A DNA stretch of 64,000 nucleotides, from the NCBI GenBank assembly GCA_964636355.1, contig CAZWRG010000006.1:660-64659 (forward strand), written 5' to 3'. The position numbers and the translations under genes are program-made. Source of the stretch: an uncultured Candidatus Saccharibacteria bacterium (GTDB taxonomy: Bacteria > Patescibacteriota > Saccharimonadia > Saccharimonadales > JAGQNK01). This document shows, one piece after another, positions 7,275 through 17,421 of the stretch; positions within the stretch are counted from its first letter, which is position 1; every line of letters starts with the position of its first letter. The notes under the pieces are model-generated. The model did not search any database, had not been told where the DNA came from, and was given only the letters and a program-made list of their open reading frames with translations.

Positions 7275-8252
7275 TTAGCTATTTTTTATGGAATCTACAG
7301 CCGTTTCATAAACAGCGGCCTCATCTTTTTGACTCATAAAGTACCACCATTCGGCACCCCAGAGATCTATTGGGTAGAGCTTAGTGGATTTGGCTAGCTG
7401 GATGTTGGTTTTTAGCTGATGCTTGCTCATTGATTTGTTTTGTTCGGCCACAGGCATTTCCCAGATGTTCTTTGGGCCCCATGGTTCAGCTTGAAGTTCG
7501 TGAATAAAACTAGGTCGCTGCCAAAAAGTCTTTATCAGACCGGCCCGAAACCTATCTACCCAGGGTTTGTGAAACGACTTAGAGTAAACACCTTTATTAT
7601 GAACAATCTGATAAAACGAAAAACCAACGATGTCGGGAATTGGTTTTCTAAGCGGGATTCCCCAAGACGTGCTGGTGGTCATGATCACCGGTCGAGTCGG
7701 GTCTAATCTTTTCACTAATTCAAATTCTTTTCGTAATCTGGCGCGGTCGACCTCGCTGCGTTTACCAAAAGACTCTAATAAAGCTTCGTTTTCTAGCTGC
7801 CAACTAATAATTGCTGGCTGATTTTTATACCTAGTGACAACAGTTTCAATATATTTAACCAAAGCGGCGGTGCGGCCTTCTTTTGGCAACTCCCAGGCCC
7901 AATCGGGCCAGTGATTTTCGGGCCAGCGCGGTTGGCGGGCGCCCAAGCACAAAGTAATTACTCCGCCGGATTTACTGATTTGATCGATTTGTTTGTCTAG
8001 TTCTAGGAAATCATAATTGCCTGGCGAAATTTCATGCTCGTCCCAATAGCTCATTAGCCGAAAACGTCGCCACCCCTTATCTAAAAGCCACGCAAGTGTT
8101 TCATCGGGCGAGATTTTAAAATTTCGGCACTGTTTAAGCGAGAAACTAACTCCCCATTTCCCGGGATCAATCACTGGTATTTTTGGTATTTTTGCTTGGC
8201 GGTTTCCCATAACTGCGGCGCGTTTCGCTTCTCTTTCATGTAGTACCACCAT
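7275..8252 (-). CDS. TIM-barrel glycoside hydrolase-like protein (clan GH-A; GH5/GH35/GH42-like), start uncertain
   Basis: WQLENE (acid/base-like NE) and HELQAEPWG (nucleophile-like E). Paralog of 8171..9292. An ATG at 8252 would overlap the upstream gene by 82 nt. An alternative ATG lies at 8210. Confidence 0.55.
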   Translation of the reverse strand: MVVLHEREAKRAAVMGNRQAKIPKIPVIDPGKWGVSFSLKQCRNFKISPDETLAWLLDKGWRRFRLMSYWDEHEISPGNYDFLELDKQIDQISKSGGVITLCLGARQPRWPENHWPDWAWELPKEGRTAALVKYIETVVTRYKNQPAIISWQLENEALLESFGKRSEVDRARLRKEFELVKRLDPTRPVIMTTSTSWGIPLRKPIPDIVGFSFYQIVHNKGVYSKSFHKPWVDRFRAGLIKTFWQRPSFIHELQAEPWGPKNIWEMPVAEQNKSMSKHQLKTNIQLAKSTKLYPIDLWGAEWWYFMSQKDEAAVYETAVDSIKNS

Positions 8253-9292
8253 TCTACACCCCAGAGGTCGATTTTTTTCATGCCAGTTGCTACGCCATAC
8301 TCAAAACGATGCGCCAAACGCTCAGGATTCATTGATTTGTAATGTTCTTCAATCGGGGCGCTTCGCATATCATAGCCATCTGGTAGCCAAGATTCGGCCT
8401 GAAGTTCATGAGCAAACACATCTCGGCCGCGAGTAGCCTCTGTCCAGCCAGCTCGAAAGGCGTAATACCAAGCCGGGATGGGGTATTCAAAATAGCGCTT
8501 AGTGATGCTTTTGTCCCAGACACGTTTATAGATGGAAATCGCCCATTCATCAGGGGTCGGCTCGTAAATCGGCGTACCGATGGCGTTGTTGCTCATGCTG
8601 ATAACCACTGGAGTGTCATGATCCAGGCTTTTTACTAAGTTAAATTCATCAACCAGCCGCTGACGAGTAAAGTCCGGACACTCGCCAAAAACTTTTAGAA
8701 AATACTCATTTTCCAGTTGGTAGCTTTCCAGCGCCGGATGATCACGATAACGCTCAACAGTGGCTTTAATGTAATCATTCAGCAGCGGCGACCACTGCTT
8801 CATCTCCATAGATTCGGCCCAGGTTGGCATATGACACTCCGGCCAACGCGGTTGACGCAGCCCTAGCGCCAGGCTGACTTTGACGTTATTTTGAGCGGCC
8901 TTTTCCATTTGCCAGTCCAAAAACGAGAAGTCATATTGACCTTTGGTTTTTTCGCCTTCTTTCCAGTAACTGACCAAGCGAAGGCGTTTTATGCCGAGGT
9001 CGTTTATCATGGCATCCAGCGTTTCTTCCGGGTCTAGACCAAAACCGGCTGCATAGTTAGGGATAAAAGTTGCGCCTAGTTGAACCGGAGTGTTGCGATG
9101 CTTGAAAAAATACCATTGGGCTATGGCATACATGCCGCCAACCGAAAACACGACCATCACCAAAAGTGCAATCACTGTTTTTTGCCACCAACCCGCTCGC
9201 CACCAGCCTTTGATTTTTTTACGGGCGCGGTTGAGTAATTGCCCTGGTGTCAACATCCGGCGATTTAGTCTTTTAGAGGTTTTTTTTGGCAT
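8171..9292 (-). CDS. Membrane-anchored TIM-barrel glycoside hydrolase-like protein (clan GH-A)
   Basis: 373 aa with an N-terminal TM helix. YQLENEYF and HELQAESW motifs. Paralog of the downstream gene. Confidence 0.55.
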   Translation of the reverse strand: MPKKTSKRLNRRMLTPGQLLNRARKKIKGWWRAGWWQKTVIALLVMVVFSVGGMYAIAQWYFFKHRNTPVQLGATFIPNYAAGFGLDPEETLDAMINDLGIKRLRLVSYWKEGEKTKGQYDFSFLDWQMEKAAQNNVKVSLALGLRQPRWPECHMPTWAESMEMKQWSPLLNDYIKATVERYRDHPALESYQLENEYFLKVFGECPDFTRQRLVDEFNLVKSLDHDTPVVISMSNNAIGTPIYEPTPDEWAISIYKRVWDKSITKRYFEYPIPAWYYAFRAGWTEATRGRDVFAHELQAESWLPDGYDMRSAPIEEHYKSMNPERLAHRFEYGVATGMKKIDLWGVEWWYYMKEKRNAPQLWETAKQKYQKYQ

Positions 9293-9311
9293 TCTCTGAT
9301 AGGATTAGTTG

Positions 9312-10151
9312 ATGAAACACAAAATTAGCTTAAGCATTATTATACCTGTTTTTAACGAAGAAAACCACATCACCCGTTGCCTCACGGCTATCAATAAACA
9401 AACCGTTAAGCCCGATGAAGTAATTGTGGTTGATAATAACTCAACCGACAAAACGGTGGAATTAGCCCGCAAATTTCCTTTTGTAAAAGTTATAACCGAG
9501 CCAAAACAAGGCGTCTTAAATGCTCGAAACAGCGGCTTTAAGGCTGCAAAATCCGAAATCATAGGCCGGATTGATGCCGATACTGAGCTGATCCCGGAGT
9601 GGGTGGCTGAGGTGCTCAGGATTTTTGAAGACCAGCGAACCATGGCCGCCACCGGCCCGGTTTATTGGTACGATATGCCGCTTAAGGAAAAAAATTATTT
9701 CGCGGAACATGCTTTTAAGGGGCTGCTTTATAAATATGACAAAGAATATCCTTTTTTGTTTGGCTCAAACATGGCGATTAGAAAATCAGTCTGGGAGGAT
9801 TTAAAAGACGAGCTTTGCGACCGGAAAGACATGCATGAAGACATGGATTTGGCGGTTCATATGTATCAAAAAGGGCTGCATATTGCTTACGACCCAGCGA
9901 TGCGAGCCGGCGCGTCTTCACGCCGGGCTGATAGCGGTCCGGAAGACTTCTTTAAATATAACGAGATGATGAAAAACACTTTCTATAATCACGATATGAA
10001 TCCGGTTGGCGCTAAGGTTGCGATTGCGGCTTATACGCTCGGTTACGTGATGTTGTTTCCGATCAGACGAGCTTATGATGATAAATCTCAAAAATGGACT
10101 ATTAAAAATTTAATTCGCGGCAATAAGCCTCGAAAAAACCCCATGCACTGA
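9312..10151 (+). CDS. Glycosyltransferase family 2
   Basis: LSIIIPVFNEE..VVDNNSTDKT..RIDADT motifs. ATG at 9312 follows AGGA. The track starts 3 nt earlier at a TTG. Confidence 0.8.
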   Translation: MKHKISLSIIIPVFNEENHITRCLTAINKQTVKPDEVIVVDNNSTDKTVELARKFPFVKVITEPKQGVLNARNSGFKAAKSEIIGRIDADTELIPEWVAEVLRIFEDQRTMAATGPVYWYDMPLKEKNYFAEHAFKGLLYKYDKEYPFLFGSNMAIRKSVWEDLKDELCDRKDMHEDMDLAVHMYQKGLHIAYDPAMRAGASSRRADSGPEDFFKYNEMMKNTFYNHDMNPVGAKVAIAAYTLGYVMLFPIRRAYDDKSQKWTIKNLIRGNKPRKNPMH

Positions 10152-10161
10152 TTTAGCGGGT

Positions 10162-10275
10162 GGACGTTAGATGATAGATATTAGACCATGGATTTTGCGG
10201 CAATACGTGCAGTGGGCCTAAGGCTCAGTGGACAAAGTTAACCATCCAGTATCTAATTTCCAACATCTATCGTCC
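10162..10275. repeat. Long imperfect inverted repeat between convergent gene ends
   Basis: GGACGTTAGATG (10162-10173) pairs with CATCTATCGTCC (10264-10275) at 11 of 12 positions. ATTAGA (10180-10185) pairs with TCTAAT (10252-10257). Confidence 0.5.
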
Positions 10276-10287
10276 ATTGTCTATCTT

Positions 10288-10860
10288 CTATTCAGGGTTG
10301 GAGGTGTAGCCGCCGAAATCATTTTTACTTGGGCTGCACTCGCTCCATAAACCGCGGTTTTGTTCCCTGGCCTGCTTTTGTAAATTCCTAAACTCCTCGG
10401 ATTTAGTAAACGGAAAGCTGGTGTAGGCAAAGCCGTAGCCGTTTTTAATTATCTCGGCCTGGACTAAACGGCCGTCTGGTAAATAGACATGTCTAAGCAA
10501 GCGATTATAGCGATCACGATTGCTATTTAGCGGATCTGCCTCGAGTCGCACACTTTGATTGCCGATTAATTGCTTAGTAAATTCACTAGCTGCCTGTCCA
10601 AAACATTGCACCGGTTTGCGGGGATCTTGAGTCTCCGGTGTATCAACGCCAATCATTCTGACCCGCTCATTTTTACCGTTCATATCAACTGTTATGGTGT
10701 CGCCGTCTTCAAAACTGGCCACCTTGAAATATCCCGGAGTTTGCACCGGCCCGAGCTGCTCGGGTGGTCGTAAGTTATTCAGCAAATAGCCACCTAAAAT
10801 TAGAGCCAAGCCAACTATTAAATTGAATAATTTTTTCTGATTTCGCTTTGTAAGCTTCAC
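10288..10860 (-). CDS. Thermonuclease (staphylococcal nuclease-like) with N-terminal TM anchor
   Basis: RVRMIGVDTPET..CFGQAASEF..RYNRLLRHVY match the SNase fold motifs. GTG start. Confidence 0.8.
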   Translation of the reverse strand: MKLTKRNQKKLFNLIVGLALILGGYLLNNLRPPEQLGPVQTPGYFKVASFEDGDTITVDMNGKNERVRMIGVDTPETQDPRKPVQCFGQAASEFTKQLIGNQSVRLEADPLNSNRDRYNRLLRHVYLPDGRLVQAEIIKNGYGFAYTSFPFTKSEEFRNLQKQAREQNRGLWSECSPSKNDFGGYTSNPE

Positions 10861-10879
10861 ACACTTACTTTAGCATTAG

Positions 10880-11539
10880 TCATTTTTTAGCGGGAACTAC
10901 TTCGACCAGTCGTGGCATCAGTCTGGCTAATAGCCCCAAGGATATGCGCGGGCCTTCGCCTATAACATCGGCTCCATGATACAGCCGATCTCCTGAATTT
11001 TTTGGGCTAAAGAGAAACATTAAATCACCCTGTTTGGTGGTTAGATCATATGCTCTGCCATGATCTTCGACAAAAAATTCAGCTTCACCCAAAAGGCTGA
11101 CCACGCAACTTACATTGTCGGATAGCGTTGAACCGGCGTCTTTGTGCCTGGATACCTCACCATCAAATGGGGCATGGTTTATGGTGAAGCTGGGGGCATT
11201 AGCGGTCGTCGATATAATGTCGCCAAACTTGGTTTTTGTCAGAAGAGCTTGATACATCGTCCTGGTTATGGCTGGAGCGTATTCATTTAAAGCAGCTTTA
11301 GCCTCGGCGCTATTCCCTGCTAACATAGGCGCAACATTAATAAATCCCGAGTCCAGTCCATCAGGCGCAACAGCGTGTTTGGTTGTGACCCGCGAAATAT
11401 GCATGTACTCAGTTAAGGGGTGTTTGACGTCACCGATAATCCAAGCGGCTTCATTAGCGGCCTCTTGCATTTGTTCAGCGTCAAAACGGCCTGGCAAGTG
11501 CTCAATAAAGGGGTGAATTTCTGCATTAATACGTGACAT
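10880..11539 (-). CDS. Probable Fe(II)/2-oxoglutarate dioxygenase superfamily protein
   Basis: HKD...YHG...RISLG gives the HxD...H...RxS spacing typical of the 2OG-Fe(II) oxygenase facial triad. Confidence 0.4.
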   Translation of the reverse strand: MSRINAEIHPFIEHLPGRFDAEQMQEAANEAAWIIGDVKHPLTEYMHISRVTTKHAVAPDGLDSGFINVAPMLAGNSAEAKAALNEYAPAITRTMYQALLTKTKFGDIISTTANAPSFTINHAPFDGEVSRHKDAGSTLSDNVSCVVSLLGEAEFFVEDHGRAYDLTTKQGDLMFLFSPKNSGDRLYHGADVIGEGPRISLGLLARLMPRLVEVVPAKK

Positions 11540-11588
11540 AACAAGGTCAAACTATATCACGAACAAGCTAAATAATCAACATTATTAT

Positions 11589-12167
11589 TTAAAAATCGAT
11601 GCCTTTATTGGCTAGGAATTTGTCATCAAAGTGGTGTTTTATTTTGGTCATATTTGTAGCGATGTCGGTGTATTTTATAAATTCTTTTGGAAAATCGCGG
11701 CCGGTTAGGCACAGGCTGGTGTTTGCCGCTCGTTTTTTGAACAAAGTTTCCAGTTGGTCATTGGACAATAGCCCATCATGGACGGCATTATTGATTTCAT
11801 CGCAGATGACCAGATCGTATTTGCCACTAGAGACGCATTCCAGTGCTTGTTCATAGGTTTCTTGAGCGGCTTCTTGATGCTGCTGTGGTGTAACATGGTG
11901 TTCGCTAAGCTCGCCGGCGTTATAAAAGCCCTTGCCGCCCTTGTAGAAAAATAATGAATCCTCATAAATCGGCATAATGTCGCGGATAAAAACATGCTCA
12001 CCGACGCCCCAATATTTTATAAATTGGATAAAGGCCACTTTCCAGCGATTGCCCAGCGCCCGAGCTAACAAACCCACCGCAGCGCTGGTTTTACCCTTGC
12101 CTTCGCCGGTATAGACAATCACCACTGAATCTTTGGTTTTATAATCCTCAAAAGCCATAACTGACAT
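11589..12167 (-). CDS. Cob(I)yrinic acid a,c-diamide adenosyltransferase-like P-loop protein (CobO/BtuR family)
   Basis: VYTGEGKGKTSAAVGLLARALG, FIQFIK, DLVICDEIN and CLTGR are typical of the family. A TATAAT at 12171-12166 suggests a leaderless start at the second ATG (12158). Confidence 0.7.
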   Translation of the reverse strand: MSVMAFEDYKTKDSVVIVYTGEGKGKTSAAVGLLARALGNRWKVAFIQFIKYWGVGEHVFIRDIMPIYEDSLFFYKGGKGFYNAGELSEHHVTPQQHQEAAQETYEQALECVSSGKYDLVICDEINNAVHDGLLSNDQLETLFKKRAANTSLCLTGRDFPKEFIKYTDIATNMTKIKHHFDDKFLANKGIDF

Positions 12168-12209
12168 TATATGTAACCAGACCGCAAAGTCACAACTTGA
12201 TTACATATA

Positions 12210-12872
12210 TTACCAACCGGATAGGTCGATAACCTTTGACATAGGGCCGCCGGATTGCTTTTTGGGGCGCACAGCACTTGCTAGACCTTGAAGCTCTTTT
12301 GTGAGGTTTTCCAGCCCTAATTGGCAGTTTTCGGCGGTCCATAGAGTGGCTGCAAGATGAGCCAATTGGACTTCTTTTTTAAGCGGGAAAAGTTTTTTGA
12401 GCTTAGTTGTGATGACCAGGGGTGTTCGATCGCTGATTGGATCTAAATCGGCAGCAATTATCTCCATGTTGGATTCGATGGTTATATGATTAGCGGAGGA
12501 AATTTCTTTGTGATAGCTTTGAGAATTACCAAGGTTTCGCTGGATGTAGCGAGCAGTTGGTAGCAGCGACCCAAGATTAAGATCATCAATAGTGAAGCCT
12601 GGAATCGGCACTACCCTAGTGTAGTTATCAAAAACAAATGCGACTAGCTCAGTGGTTTTTTCATCCTCGGACTTTTGCTTGTCCAGCAGTATAGCGTGAA
12701 CGGCGGACTCATCAATTTCAATTGCACTGAGTTCAATAGCTTGACTATCATCGGCCAGAATATTAAAAGAAGGCCGTTTTTGGCCTTCTATAATATTTGT
12801 TTCGAGTGAAGCTACGGGCACCGGATCACCGGGACTGATTTCTGGGGCGTAATTGTTGCTCGGATGGTTCAT
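12210..12872 (-). CDS. Hypothetical protein (220 aa)
   Basis: Long ORF in an operon-like minus-strand run. No family recognised. Confidence 0.5.
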   Translation of the reverse strand: MNHPSNNYAPEISPGDPVPVASLETNIIEGQKRPSFNILADDSQAIELSAIEIDESAVHAILLDKQKSEDEKTTELVAFVFDNYTRVVPIPGFTIDDLNLGSLLPTARYIQRNLGNSQSYHKEISSANHITIESNMEIIAADLDPISDRTPLVITTKLKKLFPLKKEVQLAHLAATLWTAENCQLGLENLTKELQGLASAVRPKKQSGGPMSKVIDLSGW

Positions 12873-12927
12873 AGTTGCCTTTCCTCGCTTTAAATTATAC
12901 CGCCATCGATGTTTTGAGGCAATAAAA

Positions 12928-13182
12928 CTAGACTAATTTATTGGCTTTGAAGGCTTTGTCCAGGGCGGGTTTGTCAAAACCAACAATAATAGTGCCGGCT
13001 ACATCGGTAATTGGCACGCCCATTTGACCGGATTTCATGACCGCTTCGGCGCCTGATTCTGGATCTTGTTCGACATCTTTTTCGGTGTATTTAATGCCCA
13101 GATCGTCCATGTAACTTTTGGCGGTTTTACAAAAACCACACCAGGTGGTGGTGTAGATTGTGACTTGTGGCTTATCAGCCAT
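12928..13182 (-). CDS. Glutaredoxin/NrdH-like thioredoxin-fold protein
   Basis: 84 aa. VTIYTTTWCGFCKTAK contains a CxxC motif. AAGGAG RBS. Confidence 0.75.
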   Translation of the reverse strand: MADKPQVTIYTTTWCGFCKTAKSYMDDLGIKYTEKDVEQDPESGAEAVMKSGQMGVPITDVAGTIIVGFDKPALDKAFKANKLV

Positions 13183-13334
13183 GATTGCTCCTTGTTCAGA
13201 TTATTCTTAAAACTGGCCAAACTACCAGCTGTCTTATTAGCATAACATTTTTGAGGGGCGATTGGCTAATTGCTCAAACCGTAAGCTTAAAACTGTTGTA
13301 ACGGGCTATTCTATCTGTTATACTTTTTAAAAGT

Positions 13335-13691
13335 ATGGTTAAGACTATATCGGGGAAACGTCAGGTTCGAGCTGCCAAGATTGAGAGTGATCCAGTTGCT
13401 GATCAACTCGTGGCTGCTAACGCCAAAAATATTCTAATCGGAAACATTGTGACTATGGGTTTTCGATTGGGAATTATGGTTTTGGTGCCGATTTTTGCTG
13501 GTGTTCAGCTCGATAAACGATTTGATTCAGCGCCGTCGCTAACTTTGGCGGCTTTTTTTATTGCAATTTTTGGGTCTAGTCTGCTAATTTACAAGACGTA
13601 TGCAGAAATGGCGGCACAAACCGCAGAGTCTGACAAAGTGAAAACTAAAACTCGAAGATTGAAAAGACTTAAGAGGAGCAAGAATGCATAG
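13335..13691 (+). CDS. AtpZ/AtpI-like small membrane protein of the ATP synthase operon
   Basis: 118 aa with two TM helices and GVQLDKRF between them. First gene of the atp operon. -35 TTGTAA / -10 TATACT upstream. Confidence 0.55.
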   Translation: MVKTISGKRQVRAAKIESDPVADQLVAANAKNILIGNIVTMGFRLGIMVLVPIFAGVQLDKRFDSAPSLTLAAFFIAIFGSSLLIYKTYAEMAAQTAESDKVKTKTRRLKRLKRSKNA

Positions 13692-14505
13692 ATTATTTCA
13701 GTTGTTCGCAGCCACCGAAGAAGGCGGCCCAGCAATTCACATCACGCCTGGTGAATTGTTCAAAATTGGTGAATTTGGAGTTACCAACTCGATGTTCTAC
13801 GGTGTTATTTCATCGATTTTGATTCTTGCTCTGATGATTTGGGTGGCCCGTAAAATTAGTATTAATCCAAAGCGCGGTTTCATCCAATTCGTAGAAATTG
13901 GCACTGATTTTATCATCGGCACTATTGAAAACTCGATGGGTTCACGCAAAAAAGCCATCCAGTACGCGCCATTTTTTGCGACGGCGTTTTTCTTTGTGAT
14001 GTTCACCAACTGGCTGGGCTTGATGCCAGGGGTTGGCGAAGCGCTGACTTATAATGAGCAGCCGGTTTTCAGACCGTTCACTGCTGATCTAAACGGTACG
14101 CTGGCGGCGTCTATCATTATGATGATTTTAGTCCAGATTTTTACTATTAAAGAGGTCGGCGGGATTGGCTATCTGAGGCATTTCTTTGCGGGCAGCCTTA
14201 AAAATCCAGCGACTTACCTGCTGGGAATTTTTGAAATGTTTTCGGAACTTACCAGAATCGGAAGTTTGGCGCTTAGGTTGTTCCTAAACGTCGCCATCGG
14301 TGAAACTATTCTAGTAATTTTTGCTTATTTGGGAAGCTTCGTAGCCCCAATTACGACGCTGCCTATTCTGATCCTGGAGCTGTTTGTTGGAGCTCTCCAG
14401 GCTTATATTTTCACTATGCTTATTATCATGTACCTATCGGCGGCTATCAAGCACGACCACGAACACGAGCAATCGCTCGAGCACGTGGTTGCGCATGAGA
14501 CATAA
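13684..14505 (+). CDS. atpB: F0F1 ATP synthase subunit a
   Basis: 273 aa, polytopic. LALRLFLNVAIGE contains the conserved Arg helix. Confidence 0.9.
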   Translation: MHRLFQLFAATEEGGPAIHITPGELFKIGEFGVTNSMFYGVISSILILALMIWVARKISINPKRGFIQFVEIGTDFIIGTIENSMGSRKKAIQYAPFFATAFFFVMFTNWLGLMPGVGEALTYNEQPVFRPFTADLNGTLAASIIMMILVQIFTIKEVGGIGYLRHFFAGSLKNPATYLLGIFEMFSELTRIGSLALRLFLNVAIGETILVIFAYLGSFVAPITTLPILILELFVGALQAYIFTMLIIMYLSAAIKHDHEHEQSLEHVVAHET

Positions 14506-14567
14506 CGGCCATCGGGTAAGTTAATAAGACGTACTTTTGTAAAAATAATTTAAGGAGTAATAATAAA

Positions 14568-14774
14568 ATGGAACTAGACGTACTTGCTAAAGGTATCATG
14601 ATGAGTTTTGGTATGCTTGGCCCAGCTATTGGAATTGGTCTGATTGGTTCATCTTTCATGAATGCCGTTGGTCGCAACCCAGAAGCTGCCAAATACTTTG
14701 GTCAGGTTTTCGTTATCATCGCGATTGTCGAATTGATGGCGCTACTTGTATTCGCTTCCCTATTCATCATTTAA
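14568..14774 (+). CDS. atpE: F0F1 ATP synthase subunit c
   Basis: 68-aa hairpin protein. GRNPEA loop and IVELMAL carboxylate helix. Confidence 0.9.
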   Translation: MELDVLAKGIMMSFGMLGPAIGIGLIGSSFMNAVGRNPEAAKYFGQVFVIIAIVELMALLVFASLFII

Positions 14775-14794
14775 TCACGGAGAAATATTAAATA

Positions 14795-15319
14795 ATGCCA
14801 ACAATGTATTTTGCAGCTACAGAAGCAGCCGAAAGCGGTATTTTGGGGTTCAACCCTCAAGTTCTGATTTTTCAGATTATCACTTTTGTGTTGGTTTTTG
14901 CGTTGCTGAAAAAATTCGCTATCGATAAGATTGTGGCGATTCTTGATAAGCGCCATCAGGTTATCGAAGACGGCGTGCGGTTGGGTCGCAAGCTAGAGCG
15001 CGAGCGTGATCAAATGGATAAAGAACTTGCCAAACTGACCCGCGAGGCTCGTCATGAAGCTGATCGAATCATCGCCAATGCCCACAAAGAATCACGTGAA
15101 GTATTGCGCGAGGCTGAAAAAGCTGCTCGCCGCAAAACCGATGCTATGATTTCAGACGCTGAGGCCCGGATTCACGAAGACACCGAAGCAGCCAAACGCA
15201 AACTCGAAAAAGACATCGTTAGCCTTGTTTCAGAGGCTACTGAGGCCATCGTTGGGGAAAAGGTCGATCCCAAAAAAGATGCCGAAATTATTAAGAATAT
15301 AATCCAGAAGCGGAAGTAG
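14795..15319 (+). CDS. atpF: F0F1 ATP synthase subunit b
   Basis: N-terminal TM helix followed by a long charged coiled coil. Position within the operon. Confidence 0.85.
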   Translation: MPTMYFAATEAAESGILGFNPQVLIFQIITFVLVFALLKKFAIDKIVAILDKRHQVIEDGVRLGRKLERERDQMDKELAKLTREARHEADRIIANAHKESREVLREAEKAARRKTDAMISDAEARIHEDTEAAKRKLEKDIVSLVSEATEAIVGEKVDPKKDAEIIKNIIQKRK

Positions 15320-15328
15320 TCATTTACT

Positions 15329-15730
15329 ATGATATCTCGGCGTGATCTGGCAGAAATTATTGGTGAAAAAACTCTAAAGACCACCAACACTGAAAAGTTA
15401 GCTCAGCAAATCGCGGCTTTTCTGCTTGAAACACGCAAAACAACTGACCTGGAATCTTTGATTCGCGATGTTATGGAATATCGAGCCGACCATGGAATTG
15501 TCGAAGCAACTGCGGTCAGCGCTCACCAGCTTGACGACAAAGCAATTTCCCAGATCAAACAGATCTTACTCAAGGAGCATCCCAAGGCAAAAAAGGTCCG
15601 GCTGAACATTAAAATCGACAAATCGGTTGTTGGCGGTTTACGAATCGAGCTAGCCAATGAGCAGCTAAACTTAACCGTCCGAGATAAATTAGATGACTTT
15701 AAGCGCTTAACAGCACAGATAAAGGATTAA
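15329..15730 (+). CDS. atpH: F0F1 ATP synthase subunit delta (short form, 133 aa)
   Basis: C-terminal [28 protein letters not shown] matches the OSCP/delta C-terminus. Position within the operon. Confidence 0.7.
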   Translation: MISRRDLAEIIGEKTLKTTNTEKLAQQIAAFLLETRKTTDLESLIRDVMEYRADHGIVEATAVSAHQLDDKAISQIKQILLKEHPKAKKVRLNIKIDKSVVGGLRIELANEQLNLTVRDKLDDFKRLTAQIKD

Positions 15731-15731
15731 C

Positions 15732-17303
15732 ATGGAAAACATATCTATTAAAGAATTATCAGATGACATTCGCTCAGCGATTAACCAGCTGAAATCCAGC
15801 TCTCAGATTGAAAACGTTGGTATCGTCACCCGGGTTGGTGACGGCGTGGCTTGGATTTATGGCTTGAGCCAGTGTGGTTTCAGCGAAATGATTGAGATTG
15901 AATCAACCGATGGCGTGGCAATCACCGCCTTTGCTTTGAACCTTGGTGAGGATGGAATCGGTGCTGTGCTGCTAGGTGATGACACGCTAGTGAAAGCTGG
16001 CGCAACTGCTAAATTAACCGGCAAGGTTTTGGAAGTGCCAGTTGGGCCAGAGCTTGTTGGGCGAGTTGTCAATCCGCTGGGTCAGCCACTCGATGGTAAA
16101 GGCGCTATCAAAACCAGTCTAACGGCTAGGGTTGAGCAGCCGGCGCCAGGTGTTTTGGACCGAAAAAGTGTCCACGAACCGCTGATGACTGGTATTGCGG
16201 CGATTGATTCCATGGTGCCCATTGGTCGCGGTCAGCGGGAGCTTTTGATTGGCGATCGTCAAACTGGTAAAACTGCTGTGGCGGTTGACACGATGATTAA
16301 CCAGCATCGTCAGCAAACCGGTGTTATCAATATTTACGTCGCCGTTGGGCAGAAGCTCAGCAAAATTGCTCGTTTGGTTGAAAGGCTGAAGCGCGAAGGC
16401 GTTATGGATCAAACAATTGTGATTGCCACTTCAGCAGCTGATCCAGCCAGCATGCAATATCTGGCACCATATGCTGGCGCGGCAATGGGTGAATATTTCC
16501 GCGACAACAAACAGCACGCGTTGATTATTTATGACGATCTTTCCAAGCACGCGGCGGCATATCGTCAAATGTCGCTACTACTTCGCCGCCCACCAGGCCG
16601 CGAAGCTTACCCGGGCGATGTTTTCTACTTGCATTCGAGGTTACTAGAACGCGCTGCTAAACTGTCTGATGAACTAGGCGGCGGAAGCTTAACTGCCCTG
16701 CCGATTATTGAGACCCAGGCCGGGGACATCAGTGCCTATATCCCAACTAACGTAATTTCTATTACCGATGGTCAGATTTTCTTTGAAACTAACCTGTTTT
16801 ACCAGGGTATTCGTCCGGCGATTTCGGTTGGTCTGTCGGTTTCTCGTGTTGGTGGTTCAGCCCAAACTAAGGCAATTAAGAGCGTGTCGAAGGGTCTGCG
16901 TGTTGACCTGGCGCAGTTCCGTGAACTTGCTGCTTTTAGCCAATTCTCTACTGATCTGGATGCCGATACCCGTCAACGAATCGAGCGCGGTCAAAGACTC
17001 ACCGAGCTTCTAAAACAGCCGCAATACAGCCCACTGGCTATCTGGGAAATGTATTCAGTTCTGTATGCAGCGACTGAAGGTGCGTTTGATAAAGTTCCGC
17101 TTGAGAAGATTAAAACCGCTGAGGCTAACCTGCTTCGTGAACTAAAAAACGAGAGCAAAGAAGTTCTAAAGGCCCTAAAAGACGGTGCCGAACCAGATGA
17201 CAAGATCAAGAAAACCATCCTGGACACAGCCAATAAAGTAGCTAAGAGCTACATTCCACACGAAGAAACAAATAAGTCTGAAAGTAAGAAAGTTAAAAAG
17301 TAG
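15732..17303 (+). CDS. atpA: F0F1 ATP synthase subunit alpha
   Basis: GDRQTGKT Walker [32 protein letters not shown]. Confidence 0.95.
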   Translation: MENISIKELSDDIRSAINQLKSSSQIENVGIVTRVGDGVAWIYGLSQCGFSEMIEIESTDGVAITAFALNLGEDGIGAVLLGDDTLVKAGATAKLTGKVLEVPVGPELVGRVVNPLGQPLDGKGAIKTSLTARVEQPAPGVLDRKSVHEPLMTGIAAIDSMVPIGRGQRELLIGDRQTGKTAVAVDTMINQHRQQTGVINIYVAVGQKLSKIARLVERLKREGVMDQTIVIATSAADPASMQYLAPYAGAAMGEYFRDNKQHALIIYDDLSKHAAAYRQMSLLLRRPPGREAYPGDVFYLHSRLLERAAKLSDELGGGSLTALPIIETQAGDISAYIPTNVISITDGQIFFETNLFYQGIRPAISVGLSVSRVGGSAQTKAIKSVSKGLRVDLAQFRELAAFSQFSTDLDADTRQRIERGQRLTELLKQPQYSPLAIWEMYSVLYAATEGAFDKVPLEKIKTAEANLLRELKNESKEVLKALKDGAEPDDKIKKTILDTANKVAKSYIPHEETNKSESKKVKK

Positions 17304-17375
17304 AAAGCAATAATGAGTCAAGAGTTAAGAGCCAATAGTCAGGATCACGGAGGCATGAGACTTATCGTAGTATTC

Positions 17376-17403
17376 ATGTCTCATGTCTCATGTCTCATGT
17401 CTC
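17376..17403. repeat. Tandem heptamer (ATGTCTC) x4 in the atpA-atpG spacer
   Basis: Direct reading. The upstream CATGAGAC (17354-17361) is complementary to GTCTCATG in three alternative registers. Confidence 0.9.
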
Positions 17404-17421
17404 TGCGACAGGAGGTCACTC

